Shown in pieces: positions 48,734-61,170 of a stretch of 64,000 bases of DNA. Made by a program: the position numbers and the translations under genes. The stretch is from Octopus sinensis (taxonomy: Eukaryota). The DNA is taken from contig NW_021836148.1 in NCBI RefSeq assembly GCF_006345805.1, positions 1-64,000 of the forward strand, in the 5' to 3' direction. How positions within the stretch are numbered: the stretch's first letter is position 1; every line of letters begins with the position of its first letter. The notes under the pieces were generated by a model. It was not told where the DNA came from and did not search any database. It saw only the letters and a program-made list of their open reading frames with translations.

Positions 48734-48973
48734 ATAACGAAATTTAAATTTTCTAAAGGTTAGTTGCCCGTTTTCAGTTTCAATTCTCCTGTAGCAAGCG
48801 GATTATAAGTGGATAAATCAGTGTATTGGCTTTAGAATAACCCTCTTTAGCCCTTAATTATATGATGTTTATACTTCAACCGTAACGTTTTTTTTAAATA
48901 TACTGCCCACGCTTCCTGATGGATTCCTTTTCTGTAGAGAAAGGGACTTCATCCTATATTGTTAGTATATATA

Positions 48974-49006
<33 letters not shown>

Positions 49007-49489
49007 ATACACATATATATACATATATGAACAGTTATATATGTCTTTATAAGCATATATAAAAATACATGGGATGATCATGATAAGGTGTGTATGTGTG
49101 TGTGTCTGCGTGTGTGTGTGTGTGTGTGTGTTTTTGTGTGTGTCTTTGTATGTGTCTATGTTCGAACAATATGTTGAACAATGCATGTAAACAGACTAAG
49201 AGACAACACTGTGTTTCACAGTTCTACTCCTATTTCTGCTTGCTTCCATTCAGTTTCTTTCAATTTTCTTTTCTCTTTTTATTTATTTTTTATTATTTTA
49301 TTTATTTATTTTTTTTTTTTATTTATTTCAGTTTTAGCTTGTGCACAAAAGAGACAAGAGGCCTGAAAAGCAGTTTGAGACTGTAAAATTCATTGTAGTC
49401 TTGGCAGTGTGTTCACTTGTATTGCTTAATGTATACAAATACATTATTCAACATCTATATTATATACCATAATTTTGATATTTTTATTA

Positions 49490-49830
49490 TGTATGCCAGC
49501 GCCGCCCCGACTGGCTTCTGTGCCGGTGGCACATAAAAAGCGCCATCCGAACGTTGCCAGCGCCGCCTTGCCTGGCTTCTGTGCCGCTGGCACGTTAAAA
49601 GCTCCAACCGATCGTGGCCGATGCCGGACTCCCCCCTGGCACCTGTGCAGGTGGCAAGTAAAAAACACCCACTACACTCGCGGAGTGGTTGGCATTAGGC
49701 AGGGCATCCAGCCGTAGAAACTCTGCCAGATCAGACTGGAGCCTGGAGCAGCCCCTGGCTTCCCAGACCCCAGTCAAACCGTCCAACCCGTGCTAGCGCG
49801 GAAAACGGACGTTAAACGATGATGATGATG
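49490..49830 (+). mobile_element. RTE 3'UTR fragment with 3 modules, young
   Basis: gtgccggtggcacataaaaagcgccatccg...standard tail. Confidence 0.9.
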
Positions 49831-49954
49831 TATCTCTCTATATATGTTCACACACACACACATTAATGTTTATTTTTATGTTGAGTCATAAGAACAACAT
49901 TATATTAAACTGAAAGATTGCTCAATACTCTTTGTAGAGTACATATGTTTTCTT

Positions 49955-50135
49955 TTGCATCTTTCATTTGACTGTGGCCATGCTGAAGCACTGCCTTAAA
50001 GGGTTTTAGTCAAAGAATTCGACCCCAGGACTTATTCTTTGTAATCCTTGTACTTATTCTATTTGGTACCATGCAGTGGGATTGAACCCAAAACCATGTG
50101 GTAAGGAAGCAAACGTCTTACCTCACAGCCACACC
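49955..50135 (-). mobile_element. SINE A, internally deleted
   Basis: 3' end joined directly to head (gggattgaaccc...cacagcc). Confidence 0.7.
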
Positions 50136-50204
50136 TATAGATACTTATCACTTTTCCACAAGAATAGCGTTGACAGTAACTTTCAACCTTCTTAATCTTC
50201 ATTG

Positions 50205-50251
50205 GACAGTCTGATGAAGTCTAAACAGGGTGAAACCTTGAATTCACTGTC
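50205..50251 (+). ncRNA. Degenerate type I hammerhead-like motif
   Basis: Stem I GACAGT/ACTGTC, CTGATGA, GAAA and UC site present; stems II and III weak. Confidence 0.35.
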
Positions 50252-50299
50252 GGTACTATTCTTGCTTAAGAATAATACACACACACACACATATATATA

Positions 50300-50864
50300 T
50301 TGGGTTGTCCTGAAAGTTCAGGCCGATTTTAAAAGGAAAGAAAAAGGTCAATAAATACTTGCCATTACATTTTTAATCAACCAAATATGAACCATGTTGT
50401 TGCACAATGCGTCTCAATCTTTCCTTTAACTTGAAAATACCCTCTTCCCAGAATTGAAGTAGTTTCATGGCAAAGAATTCATCAAGGTATCTTTTTACAC
50501 CATCCAAGGAATTGAAATTTTTACCATTAAGACTATTCTGCAGAGACTTGAATAAGTGGAAATCCAAAGGAGCAATATCTGGGGAATATGGAGGGTGCGG
50601 TAACACATCCCAGCCGAGCTGCAGCAATTTTTGTCTAGTTCCCAAAACATCAAGTGCTGAAAATGAACTTTCTTATCTTCCATTTTAAAGGGTTACAGAA
50701 TTAACACAGGTTATAGGAACATAAACCTTCTTCCACGAAAAGATAGCTTAAACTGTGCTCTAAATGGAGGTGTAGTCAAATCCTATTTCATGGACTCAAC
50801 CATGTTCTAAAATAAGTCGAAATGTAAGCTACTATAAATCGGCACGAACTTTCCAGACAACCAA
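50300..50864 (-). mobile_element. mariner deletion derivative, both TIRs plus transposase C-terminus
   Basis: TA TSDs; TIR ttgggttgtcctgaaagttcaggccgattt vs ttggttgtctggaaagttcgtgccgattt; HPPYSPDIAPLDFHLF motif. Confidence 0.92.
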
Positions 50865-50879
50865 TACATATGTGAAGCA

Positions 50880-51180
50880 GATGGACCCTCCTGTCAAAGA
50901 CGATGTCTGAGTGTTCGGCTTTTGCTGAAGGGCCTGCACAAATGATTTGTTTTATAGTAATCAAATGTATGTGCTATTCATTAGCTCTCTCCCTCCATCA
51001 AATCAACATTGCCTGAACAGATGCACAGTGTATCACACATCAAGTGTGAAAGTGATTGCAGAGCAATGTGAAATCAAGTGTTTTGCTTAAGAACACAATG
51101 CCTCACCCAGTCTAGAAACTGAAACCACAATTTCGCAATTGTGAGTGCAACACCCTAATCACTAGATCATGCATCTCATA
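50880..51180 (-). mobile_element. SINE C
   Basis: aagtgttttgcttaagaacacaatg...caacaccctaatcacta. Confidence 0.7.
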
Positions 51181-51211
51181 CGTTTACACACACACACACA
51201 TACATATCTTT

Positions 51212-51434
51212 TAATCTTTTACTTGTTTCAGTCATTTGACTGCGACCATGCTGGAGCACCACCTTTAGTCGAGCAAATCGACCCCAGGACTTATTCTTTG
51301 CAACCTTAGTACTTATTCAATCGGTCTCTTTTACTGAACCGCTAAGTTACAGTGACGTAAACACACCAGCATCGGTTGTCAAGCAATGTTGGGGGGACAA
51401 ACACAGACACACAAACTTATACACACACACACAT

Positions 51435-51482
<48 letters not shown>

Positions 51483-51670
51483 ACACACACACATATATAT
51501 ATATACATATATACGATGGGCTTATTTCAGTTTCTGTCTATCCAAATCTGCTCACAAGGCTTTGGTCAGCCTGAGGCTCTAGTAGAAGACACTAGCCCAA
51601 GGTGCCACGCAGTGGGACTGAATCCGGAACCATGTGGTTTGTAAGCAAGCTACTTACCACACAGCCACTC
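51212..51670 (-). mobile_element. SINE A, full length
   Basis: Homology. Confidence 0.92.
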
Positions 51671-52065
51671 TTATGCTATATGAACATTATATGATGATGA
51701 TGATGATATACACACACACATATGTGCAAATGTATGTAGTGTAGACAAGCTTCTGTGAGAATCATATACTACCATTTATATATCTGAGAAGAAGACAATA
51801 TTTTATATATAATCTTAAAGTGTCAATGATAAGAGATGCAATAACAGTAGATTGCTCAGACGTTTCTCTGCACAAAATAATATTTCAGAAAGTAAACAAC
51901 CTAAAATAAAATTGTTCTATAAACATTAAGGTAGTAAAAAAAAAATTGAATCATAATGGCAGGACATGCTGAGCACAAATTGGAGAATAATAAAATATTT
52001 CATGTTAGATAAAACAGTTGTAGATTTTCCAGGGTATTTCAAGATGAGATAATATATATATACAC

Positions 52066-52120
<55 letters not shown>

Positions 52121-52204
52121 TATATATATATATATTGAGAGAGAGGGAGGAGGGAGGGAGGTTAATGTCTAAGAATTATATATATATGCATATATACATA
52201 TACA

Positions 52205-52330
52205 TACCATCATTGGTTTAGCTTACACTTTTCCATGCTTGCATGGGTCGGACAGAGATATTTTGAGGTAGATTGTCACTGGCTAGATGCCTTTTCTGTT
52301 GCCAACCTTTGCCTGCATCCAAGCAAGATC
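52205..52330 (-). mobile_element. RTE-like tail fragment, diverged subfamily
   Basis: ttttccatgcttgcatgggtcggac...ctagatgccttttctgttgccaacc. Confidence 0.6.
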
Positions 52331-52519
52331 ATATTTGTATGAGAGTAACACTCTTTTATAACTATAATGCACTGTCCAGACAAGGAGATATACACACTTG
52401 CAGTCCTTTTCTCTCACTCTCACTTTCATTCTATCTCTATCTCTCCCCCACCCACACATATACATTTTGTTGAATCGTTAGTCTTTACATATTCTTTTTA
52501 TCCCTCCATATTTTTCATT

Positions 52520-52670
52520 CCCTCTCTGTTCTTTTACTCTTAATTCTTTGTCAAAGAGCATAGGCTCAAAATATCAAAGACTTTTCTATTCTTCCTGAGT
52601 GTTAAACTAATACACCTGCTTGTTGTTCCTTCACCTGTCTTCATAATTTGTTTTCTGCAAATTTGAACTA
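52520..52670 (+). mobile_element. Penelope-like terminal remnant with heavily decayed hammerhead (52545-52580)
   Basis: tcttt..gagc atag gctc aaaatatc aaaga...ttcctgagtg..ctaatac. Confidence 0.4.
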
Positions 52671-52704
52671 TATATATATATATATATACACACATAGTTT
52701 CGCA

Positions 52705-53010
52705 TAGTCCCAGCCCATCCAAAGTACCTTGGATTGCAGAATGACCTGCTGTGCTTACCTTGGATCGCAGGGTGACCTGCTGTGCTTCAGGAGACCTATT
52801 GAGTCAGCATCAGAATAAATATCAAATGGAAATTGTAGTTGTGATACCTGTGCCGGTGGCGCATAAAAAGCACCGTCCGAACGTGGCCGATGCCAGCACC
52901 GCCTTGACTGGCTTCTGTGCTTGTGGCATGTAAAAAGTACCAACCGATCGTCCAACCCATACTAGCATGGAAAACTGTCGTTAAACAATGATGATGATGA
53001 TGATGATGAT
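52705..53010 (+). mobile_element. RTE subfamily B 3'UTR fragment
   Basis: agccc..cc(a)ttcaaagtaccttggat matches 41000-41220. Confidence 0.85.
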
Positions 53011-53034
53011 ATATATATATATATATATATGATA

Positions 53035-53185
53035 GGCTTTATTCCATTCCATCTACCAGATCTACTGCCAATACTTTGATCGACCTGAAGTTATTGCAGA
53101 AGATGCTTCCTCAAGATGTCACACAGTAGAACTGAACCCAAGACCATGTGGCTTGGAGGTAAGCTTCTTAAGTACACAGCCACAT
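53035..53185 (-). mobile_element. SINE A 5' fragment, diverged
   Basis: actgaacccaagaccatgtgg...acacagccac. Confidence 0.65.
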
Positions 53186-53272
53186 CTCCACCTATATATG
53201 TGTATTTATAAATGTGCATGTGTATGTATGTATGTATGTATGTATGTATGTATGTGTGTATGTGTGTGTGTG

Positions 53273-53306
<34 letters not shown>

Positions 53307-53310
53307 TGTA

Positions 53311-54198
53311 CAGGATGTGGTAATTAAACTGTCATCTAAATTATGTAAAATTGAAAATAATACTGACTGACATCTCATTTTAATAGATATATTTACCAAA
53401 ATTACATAAAAACATCTTGAAATACCAAAGAGTAAATTTATTCAATAAAATCGCCATTTCCTTCAACCACGGCCTCCAGATGACTTCAGAATCTCTTGCA
53501 ATTCTTCTGGATGGTCTCCTTGTTTAAGTTGGTGAATACTGTCATAATCTTTGCTTTCAGTTCATCTTTGGTGTTGCAAGGAGTTTTGTCAGTCTCTCAC
53601 TCGACTACACCTCATACATAATAATCAAGGGGGTTGCAGTTTGGGAAGTTAGGTAGCCAGATGTTAGGGGTGATGTGGTCACAGAAATTGTCTAACAGCC
53701 GTGACTGGGCTCTCCTGCTTGTGTTGCATGGTGCAGAAGTCCCATTTCCAGACAAAGGGTCTTCCAGCAGCCACCCTCTTTACCCAGGTCAGCACTTGAT
53801 GTAGGCCTCTGTGTTGAGTGTGGGGCCATGTGGGAAGATGAATGGAGGCATAACATTGCCATCACTAGTGGTAACTCCGAACACCCTAATGTTGACTGGA
53901 TGTTTGATTTTTATCACTCTCGGTACATGTCCGCATATTGCACTGTCATCAGATTGACATCCCAAAAGTCTGAAATGTTAATATTGGAGCTTCCAGCATG
54001 AATGCCAAGCAGTACAGCATGTTGTTTCCAAATTTCTGGCAGATTGAATTACATCATGATGCTGTTTTTCTCACAGATGGTGCCCAACTGACCCTACTAT
54101 ACTGTGTAGTTGCTAAAATCAAAAATAAAGAATACACATACACAAAATTAAAAATATAAAATGGCGACAATTTACCCATTGCACCCTGCATGTAGGTA
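53311..54198 (-). mobile_element. Tc1/mariner relic (maT/DD37D-like), catalytic C-terminal half
   Basis: Minus frame ...SAPC.TSRRAQ...ITPNIWLPNFPNCNPLDYYV*GVVE...HLEAVVEGNGDFIE*; degenerate TA-CAGG termini. Subfamily assignment is by resemblance. Confidence 0.75.
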
Positions 54199-54266
54199 TG
54201 TATGTATACATGCATGTGTATGTATATGATAGGAAGAAGTTTTAATGAGGCAGGGTTGTGTTTTGG

Positions 54267-54670
54267 CTGTGTGGTAAGTAGCTTGCTAACCAACCACACG
54301 GTTCCGGGTTCAGTCCCACTGCATGGCATCTTGGGCAAGTGTCTTCTGCTATAGCCTCGGGCCAACCAAAGCCTTGTGAGTGGATTTGGTAGACGGAAAC
54401 TGAAAGAAGCCTGTCGTATATATGTATATATATGTATGTGTGTGTATATGTTTGTGTGTCTGTGTTTGTCCCTCTAGCATTGCTTGACAAACGATGCTGG
54501 TGTGTTTACGTCCCCGTCACTTAGCAGTTTGGCAAAAGAGACCGATAGAATAAGTACTGGGCTTACAAAGAATAAGTCCCAGGGTCGATTTGCTCGACTA
54601 AAGGCGGTGCTCCAGCATGACCGCAGTCAAATGTCTGAAACAAGTAAAAGAGTAAAGAGTAAAGAGTAAA
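54267..54670 (+). mobile_element. SINE A, near full length, young
   Basis: Homology. Confidence 0.92.
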
Positions 54671-55507
54671 GAGTTGGTTTGTCAAGTTGCTTGAATTACT
54701 TACAAATTACATAGAAGCGTAAAGAATGCAAGAGAAAGCAAATAGAATGGGAGTCTTAGTGATAGCTTCCAAGTAGAGAGAATAAAAACTCTACAGTGGA
54801 GAAGGCTAGCCACTGGATTTGGTTAAAGAGAGACGATGAGCGATGGCTAGAAGTATATTGAGTTCTTCATAACCAGCTGATCTAGCAAGCGGGGCCTCAT
54901 ATCAGTGAGGGGGGGGGGCTGGTGCGCATTGATGCCATCGAGAGGTAGGCCCCGAAACGGCGCGCATTCTCTCCTGATGACCCCATACACTTGCTAGCAT
55001 CCGATATACGGAGCTTTTAACTGGTAGCACTTGTATGTGCAAGTTGTTTGCAAGACATGTTTGTAGTGTCAAAGTCATTGAATTAGGAGAGTTATTAGGA
55101 AAGGATGCAAAAAAAAAAGTAGACAGAGAGAAAAGGGAGAAAGAATGGAATATTGACGAAATAAAAAAGACAAACAAGATGGAATATAATATAGCAAAAT
55201 AATAAATAAATTAGCAAAAATAGCAGAGCCGAAGTTAGTTGTTGTCAGTTGCATCATCAGTTATTATTCAATGAGCCATTAGACTGAAAATAGCAACAAG
55301 TAAAAGAATAAGTAAATGAAGAAAGGTAATTAAATCCATAAGTATATCAATTAAGGAATTTTCCTGAATTCTCATTTATTCATGTAGTTGTTGCCATCAT
55401 TATGATGATGATCATTATTCAAGTGTTGTACTATTAGACCAATAATCTGTCTATACTTAAGATAGGTTTATGTAAAAAATGCTCACATTTTAATAAAGGC
55501 AAGCAAC

Positions 55508-55576
55508 TTTATTAATATTATTATTATTATTATTAAACGATGATGATGATGATGATTATTATTATTATCATTATTA

Positions 55577-55607
<31 letters not shown>

Positions 55608-55654
55608 GATAATTATTATTATTATTATTATTATTATCATTATTATTATTATTC
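55508..55654. repeat. (TAT)n array at the 3' end of the R4/Dong-like element
   Basis: Direct reading. Confidence 0.95.
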
Positions 55655-58452
55655 AGTAGTTTTATTTTTATAGCGTGCTTTCACTTCACTACCGAGCGCA
55701 GCTCTGTGTGCCTTGGGTATGTGCTGTGATTTGTTGTGATGCTCTGATGGTTACTGTATTGAAAGTGTTCTGCGTAGGATGTGTGCAGTGCCTAGTAGTG
55801 CAATTTTCTGTATGTTATATGTGTTTGTAAGTCCTGGTGTTTTTGTTATGTATTTGTCTGAATATTTTTTTATCATGCCTAATGCACCTACTATGATAGG
55901 AATTGTTTCTGTTTTCAGGTTCCACATTCTAGTTACCTCTATTTCCAGGTCTTTGTATTTTGAGAGTTTCTCCATTTCTTTTAGAGACACGTTGTCATCT
56001 GCCGGTATTGATACATCAATTAGAAAGCATTTTTTTTTTCTTCATGATCTCTGACAACTATATCTGGTCTGTTGGCCTTAATTTCTCTATCTGTGTGTAT
56101 CGGCATATCCCAGAGTATGGTTGCTTTCTCGTTTTCTGTGACCTTTTCTGGTGTGTGCTATACCATCTTTTTTCTGTTGTTATTCCATAATGTTGGCATA
56201 GCTTCCAATGTATGTAGGTTCCAACTCTGTCATGTCTGTGAATATATTCCTTCTTAGCCAGGACTGGGCAGCTAGAGATAATATGATTTATTGTTTCTTG
56301 TCCATCTCCACATATTCTGCAGTTACTTGTAATATTTCTTTTCATTACATGTTTTTGGTAATTTCTGGTGGGGAGGCTTTGGTCTTGTGCTGCAATTAAA
56401 AATCCCTCTGTTTCTGCTTTGAGTCCTGAGCTTCTCAACCATTGCTGGGATTTTTCTTTGTCTATTTCTTTTGCGTTTAGTTTAGTCCAGTATTTACCAT
56501 GAAGGGGCTTTTCTTGCCATCGTTTTATCATGGTTCGTTGCTGTTCTGTTTTTAGTTTGGATTTCATTTGTTTTATAGCTTTTGTTGTTTCTTCATCATC
56601 TTCTTCTTCTTCGTGTTTATTAGGTGGTATGATTTCTTGTTTGTATTTGTCAGCTTCCTTAAATACTGAGAACAGTTTTTTGTTTTGCTCGTGTTTTGCT
56701 GCTATCTGGATCAGTTTTCCTTCCTTCTGAAGTAGATATTTTTGCAGTCCTATGGTGGTTATTTTATAGTAGTTTTCCAGCTGTATAAGGCCTCTACCAC
56801 CTTCTATACGTTGTATATATAGTCTTTCTCTGTCAGATTTTGGGTGATGCATCCTAGATCCTGTCAGTATTTTTCTTGTTTTCCTATCTATTTTGGACAG
56901 TTCATTTCGTGTCCAGTTAAGGATATTGTAGCTGTAACTTATAACTGGGACAGCTAAAGTGTTGATACCTATTATCTTGTTTTTAGCATTGAGCTCTGTT
57001 TTTAGTATTGATCTAACTTGTCTATAATATTCTTTTTTCATTTTCTCTTTCATTTGTGTGTGTTGTGTCTTATCTAGTTCATGGATTCCTAAGTATTTGT
57101 AAGTTTGGCTTTGGTCTAATTCTTTTATTTCATTGGTTTTATCTAGTGTGATGTTGTTACTCTTAACTAGTTTTCCTCTTTTCATGGTTACTTTGGCGCA
57201 TTTTTTTAATCCAAATTTCATATCTATTTCTTTGGTAAATCCATGAACTGTCTTTAATAGTGTTTCCAGCTGTTTGTCATTTGCAGCGTATAGTTTTAGG
57301 TCATCATATATAAAAGGTGGCTGATCGTTTTGCCGTAACATTTATATCCGCATCCAGTTCTATTTAGCATATCAGATAGAGGTGACAGTGCCAAGCAGAA
57401 AAGGAGTGGAGAGAGCGTGTCTTCCTGGAATATTCCTCTTCTAATGGGGATGTCTTTGGTTTTCATGAGTCCCTCTTTTGTTTGGAGGTGTAGGACTGTT
57501 TGCCATTTATTCATAGAGTGCTCTATGAATTTTATGATTGTTGGTGCTACTTTGTTAATGGCTAGTGTTTCGAGGATCCATGTGTGGGGGATGCTATCAA
57601 ACGCCTTTTTGTAGTCAATCCAGGCCATACTGAGGCCTTTCTTCTTTCTGTGGCTGTCTTCAGTTACGGCTTTATTAATCATTAGTTGATCTTTACAGCC
57701 ATATGAGCCTTTGCGGCATCCTTTCTGCTCTTCTGGGAACAGTTTGTTTTCGTCCAAGTGCTTGTTCAGCCTTTGCGATATCACTGCAGTAAATGCCTTG
57801 AACATAGTAGGGAGGCAGGTTATTGGTCTGTAGTTTTCTGGTTTTGCTGTTTCATTTGATTTGGGAATTAAGATGGTTTTCCCCTTCATGAGCCATTCAA
57901 GCATTGTCTCTGGCTCTGCTAGTATGCTGTTAAAGTTTTCAGCCAGCTTTTTGTGCATTCCTGTTAGATATTTCAACCAGAAGTTGGGGATCTTGTCATG
58001 CCCAGGTGCCTTCCAGTTGCTTAATTTTTGTAGTGCCTGGGTGACCTCTTCAGTTGTTATGGGGGTCCAAAGTTGTTCAGATGCCGAGTTTGTTATTTTG
58101 ATACTCCTTTTTTTTGGCTGTTCGTTCGCCGACCATATTTCTCTCCAGAATTCTTCCAATTCTTCTGCCGTTGGTGCTGCAGTGACTTCTATTTTATTTT
58201 TTCCCTGTTCTTGGTAGAACTTTTTGGGGTTGGAGTTGAACTTTTGGTTCTGTTCAAAGAAGCGTTGGCGTTTCTCGTACCGGCGGATCCTTTGAGCTTT
58301 GGCAAGGATATCGTGCTTCAGCTTTTCTTTTATCTCCGGCAAATCTTTTTCTGTGATGTTATATTTGCGGAGCATTTTTGTTCTCTTTTTGTTGCTCAGT
58401 AGCGTTGATTGTTTGCTGATTTCATTAAGAATCGACAGGTCTTTTCTAATTT
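55655..58452 (-). mobile_element. R4/Dong-like non-LTR retrotransposon (RT, CCHC, REL endonuclease), 5'-truncated, >=3 frameshifts
   Basis: WIDYKKAFDSIPH, GIFQEDTLSPLLF, YM[D]DLKLYA (1-nt deletion), CRICGDGQETINHIISSC, RPDIV, LIDVSIP, EKLSKYKDL. Confidence 0.92.
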
Positions 58453-58459
58453 AAAAAAT

Positions 58460-58800
<341 letters not shown>

Positions 58801-59165
58801 TTATGCATGCTAATTTAGTTAGCAGGCATTTTATCTTGGAGTTTGATGACAAGTCTTCTTCAAATCTCAAGAATTTTCCTTTGGATTCCTCTAGAATATT
58901 GGATGGTTCTTTTCTGCAGGTTGGCAATGTGAATCTCAGTTCCAATCTCATTCAGTCATTTACAAGGTGTTTTGGGTGTTGTGCCAAATGCACCAATTGC
59001 TAGAGGATTAATTGATTACTGGGTCTTCCACAGTCTTCTCAATTCTCTGGCAAAGGATCCTGATATTTTTCAATTTTCCAATTTCTTTAGTATTAAACTT
59101 GGTTATCATAAGGAATTGTAAAATCTCTGATTTTAGACTGTTTATTTTGTCGTTTATGACCATAT

Positions 59166-59578
59166 AGGCACAGGAGTGGCTGTGTGGTAAGTAGCTTGTT
59201 TACCAACCACATGGTTCTGGGTTCAGTCCCACTGTGTGGCACCTTGGGCAGGTGTCTTCTACTATAGCCTCGGGCCGACCAAAGCCTTGTGAGTGGATTT
59301 GATAGATGGAAACTGAAAGAAGCCCATCGTGTATATATATATTTATATATGTGTGTGCGTGTATGTTTGTATGTCTGTGTTTGTCCCCCCAACATCGCTT
59401 GACAACCGATGCTGGTGTGTTTATGTCCCCGTCACTTAGCAGTTCGGCAAAAGAGACCGATAGAATTAGTACTGGGCTTACAAAGAATAAGTCCCGGGTC
59501 GAGTTGCTCGATCAAAGGCGGTGCTCCAGCATAGCTGCAGTCAAATGACTGAAACAAGTAAAAGAGTAAAAGAGTAAA
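59166..59578 (+). mobile_element. SINE A, full length
   Basis: Homology. Confidence 0.93.
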
Positions 59579-59729
59579 AAAGATATCCAGTTTTCTTGTA
59601 TCGATTGTATGATCAGACTTTATGGGGAATTCTCACAAGCTCTTGTAATTCTCATTTTCTGTCACAGCTTCCGGTTTATATTCATGCCAGTTTTCGATGG
59701 TTTTGAAGCCATATAAACATCTTGATGGA

Positions 59730-59940
59730 CCCTTTTATCTTTGCAAACATCCTGATGATGTCTACGCAAACATCCCAATAAACTCTTTTATCTGGCAAAC
59801 ATCCTGATGAGCCCTTTTGTCTTTGCAAACATCGCGATGATGTCTACACAAACATCCTGATGAACTCTTTTATCTGGCAAACATTCTGATGAAATCTTTT
59901 GTCTGGCAAACTTCCCGATGAGCTGTTTAGTCTTTGCAGT
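59730..59940. repeat. Degenerate ~20-30 bp minisatellite (gcaaacatcctgatga core)
   Basis: About 7 imperfect copies. Confidence 0.8.
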
Positions 59941-60299
59941 CATGTCTGTGTTTATACTCCTTTTGTGCTAGTACACTACACTCACTCAAAAACTTCTATT
60001 TCCTTTCTTGTAATTTCTACATTTGTGGCCTGACTTGGTTTTGTTTCTGTGGAGGCAACATGTAGATGGGGTAGACTATTTCTAAATGTTGATGGAATAT
60101 GATGAAGTGGTAAGAAAGGATCTTCAGATTTTGGGCCTCAGAGAGGGGATGGACAAGGGACCAAGACACCTGGCAGTTTGTTGTACTCAAGAAGACACAT
60201 GAGGCTAAGGAAAATCATGGCTCTCCTTGAATATACCATGTTCCCTGCATCCCCCTTCAGCTGAGTGATCATAAGCCTGCAGACTTGTGGCAGCTGGTG

Positions 60300-60538
60300 C
60301 CATATTAAAAGCATCAATTACACTCTGTAAAGTAGTTAGCATTAGGAAGGCATCCATCTATGGAAACCATGTCTAAACAAGCATGGAGCCTGAAAGCTCT
60401 TCAGCTGGCCAGCTCTTGTCACACCATCTAACTCATGCCAGCATAGAAAATGAGCGTTAAATGATGATGATGATGGTGGTGGTGGTGTGGTGGTGGTGGT
60501 GGTGGTGGTGGTGGTGTTGGTGGTGGTGGTGGTGGTGG

Positions 60539-60596
<58 letters not shown>

Positions 60597-60709
60597 GTTG
60601 GTGGTGATGATGATGATGGTGGTGGTGGTGATGATGATGATGATGATGATGATGATGGTGATGATGGTGGTGGTGGTGGTGGTGGTTGTAGTGGTGGTGA
60701 TGGTGATAG

Positions 60710-60753
<44 letters not shown>

Positions 60754-60815
60754 GTGATGATGTTCATGATGATGATCATGATGATGATCATGATGATGAT
60801 CATGAAGATGATGAT
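60300..60815 (+). mobile_element. Diverged RTE tail with a greatly expanded (GAT)/(GGT) tail (60460-60815)
   Basis: attaggaaggcatcc...actcatgccagcatagaaaa...gttaaatgatgat. Confidence 0.75.
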
Positions 60816-60999
60816 CACTGGAATTTTTTTTGCAATTTTACTCTGGATTCAGTTATGAGAACTCATTTGGTCTTTAAACTTTTTCTGCTATCGGTAGGAG
60901 ATCTGAACCCATTTATAACACATCTCCATGCTCAGTTTATCAATATATACACTAGTATATCTCATTTTGCTGACTAAAGTGCTGCACATAGCTTGTATG

Positions 61000-61170
61000 C
61001 CTCTCGCAAGTCTTTTTTCCACCCAATCTCCCTCAGTGACCACCAGATCAATAGAGCATGAAACCTTGTCAAAGGCTTTCTCACAATCAACAAATGCCTA
61101 CAATAGGATCTCATTCTTTGGCAGGATACTTCATCTGATACTGATTTACTACAAGGGTGGTATCAATAGT
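61000..61170 (-). mobile_element. Old RTE RT fragment
   Basis: AFVDCEKAFDKV. Confidence 0.65.

Larger units (their letters stand above)
48025..48966. mobile_element. Hammerhead-bearing non-coding element: 490-bp unit plus 56-bp direct repeat (48025-48570), then a permuted inverted copy (48571-48966), within (TA)n
   Basis: 48025-48080 recurs at 48515-48570; 48571-48966 is the reverse complement of 48412-48514 joined to 48025-48318. Confidence 0.85.
58801..60030 (-). mobile_element. Older, distinct R4/Dong-like 3' portion (CCHC-REL), interrupted by a SINE and a minisatellite
   Basis: ECSVLAQKEYKHRHD, WHEYKPEAVTENENY, KIRDFTIPYDNQV, LAIGAFGTTPK, NLQK. Confidence 0.8.

Noticed and set aside
59740-59930. 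Repeated CTGATGA motifs as a tandem hammerhead array
   Set aside because: No stem II/GAAA/stem III; explained as Dong-derived repeats.
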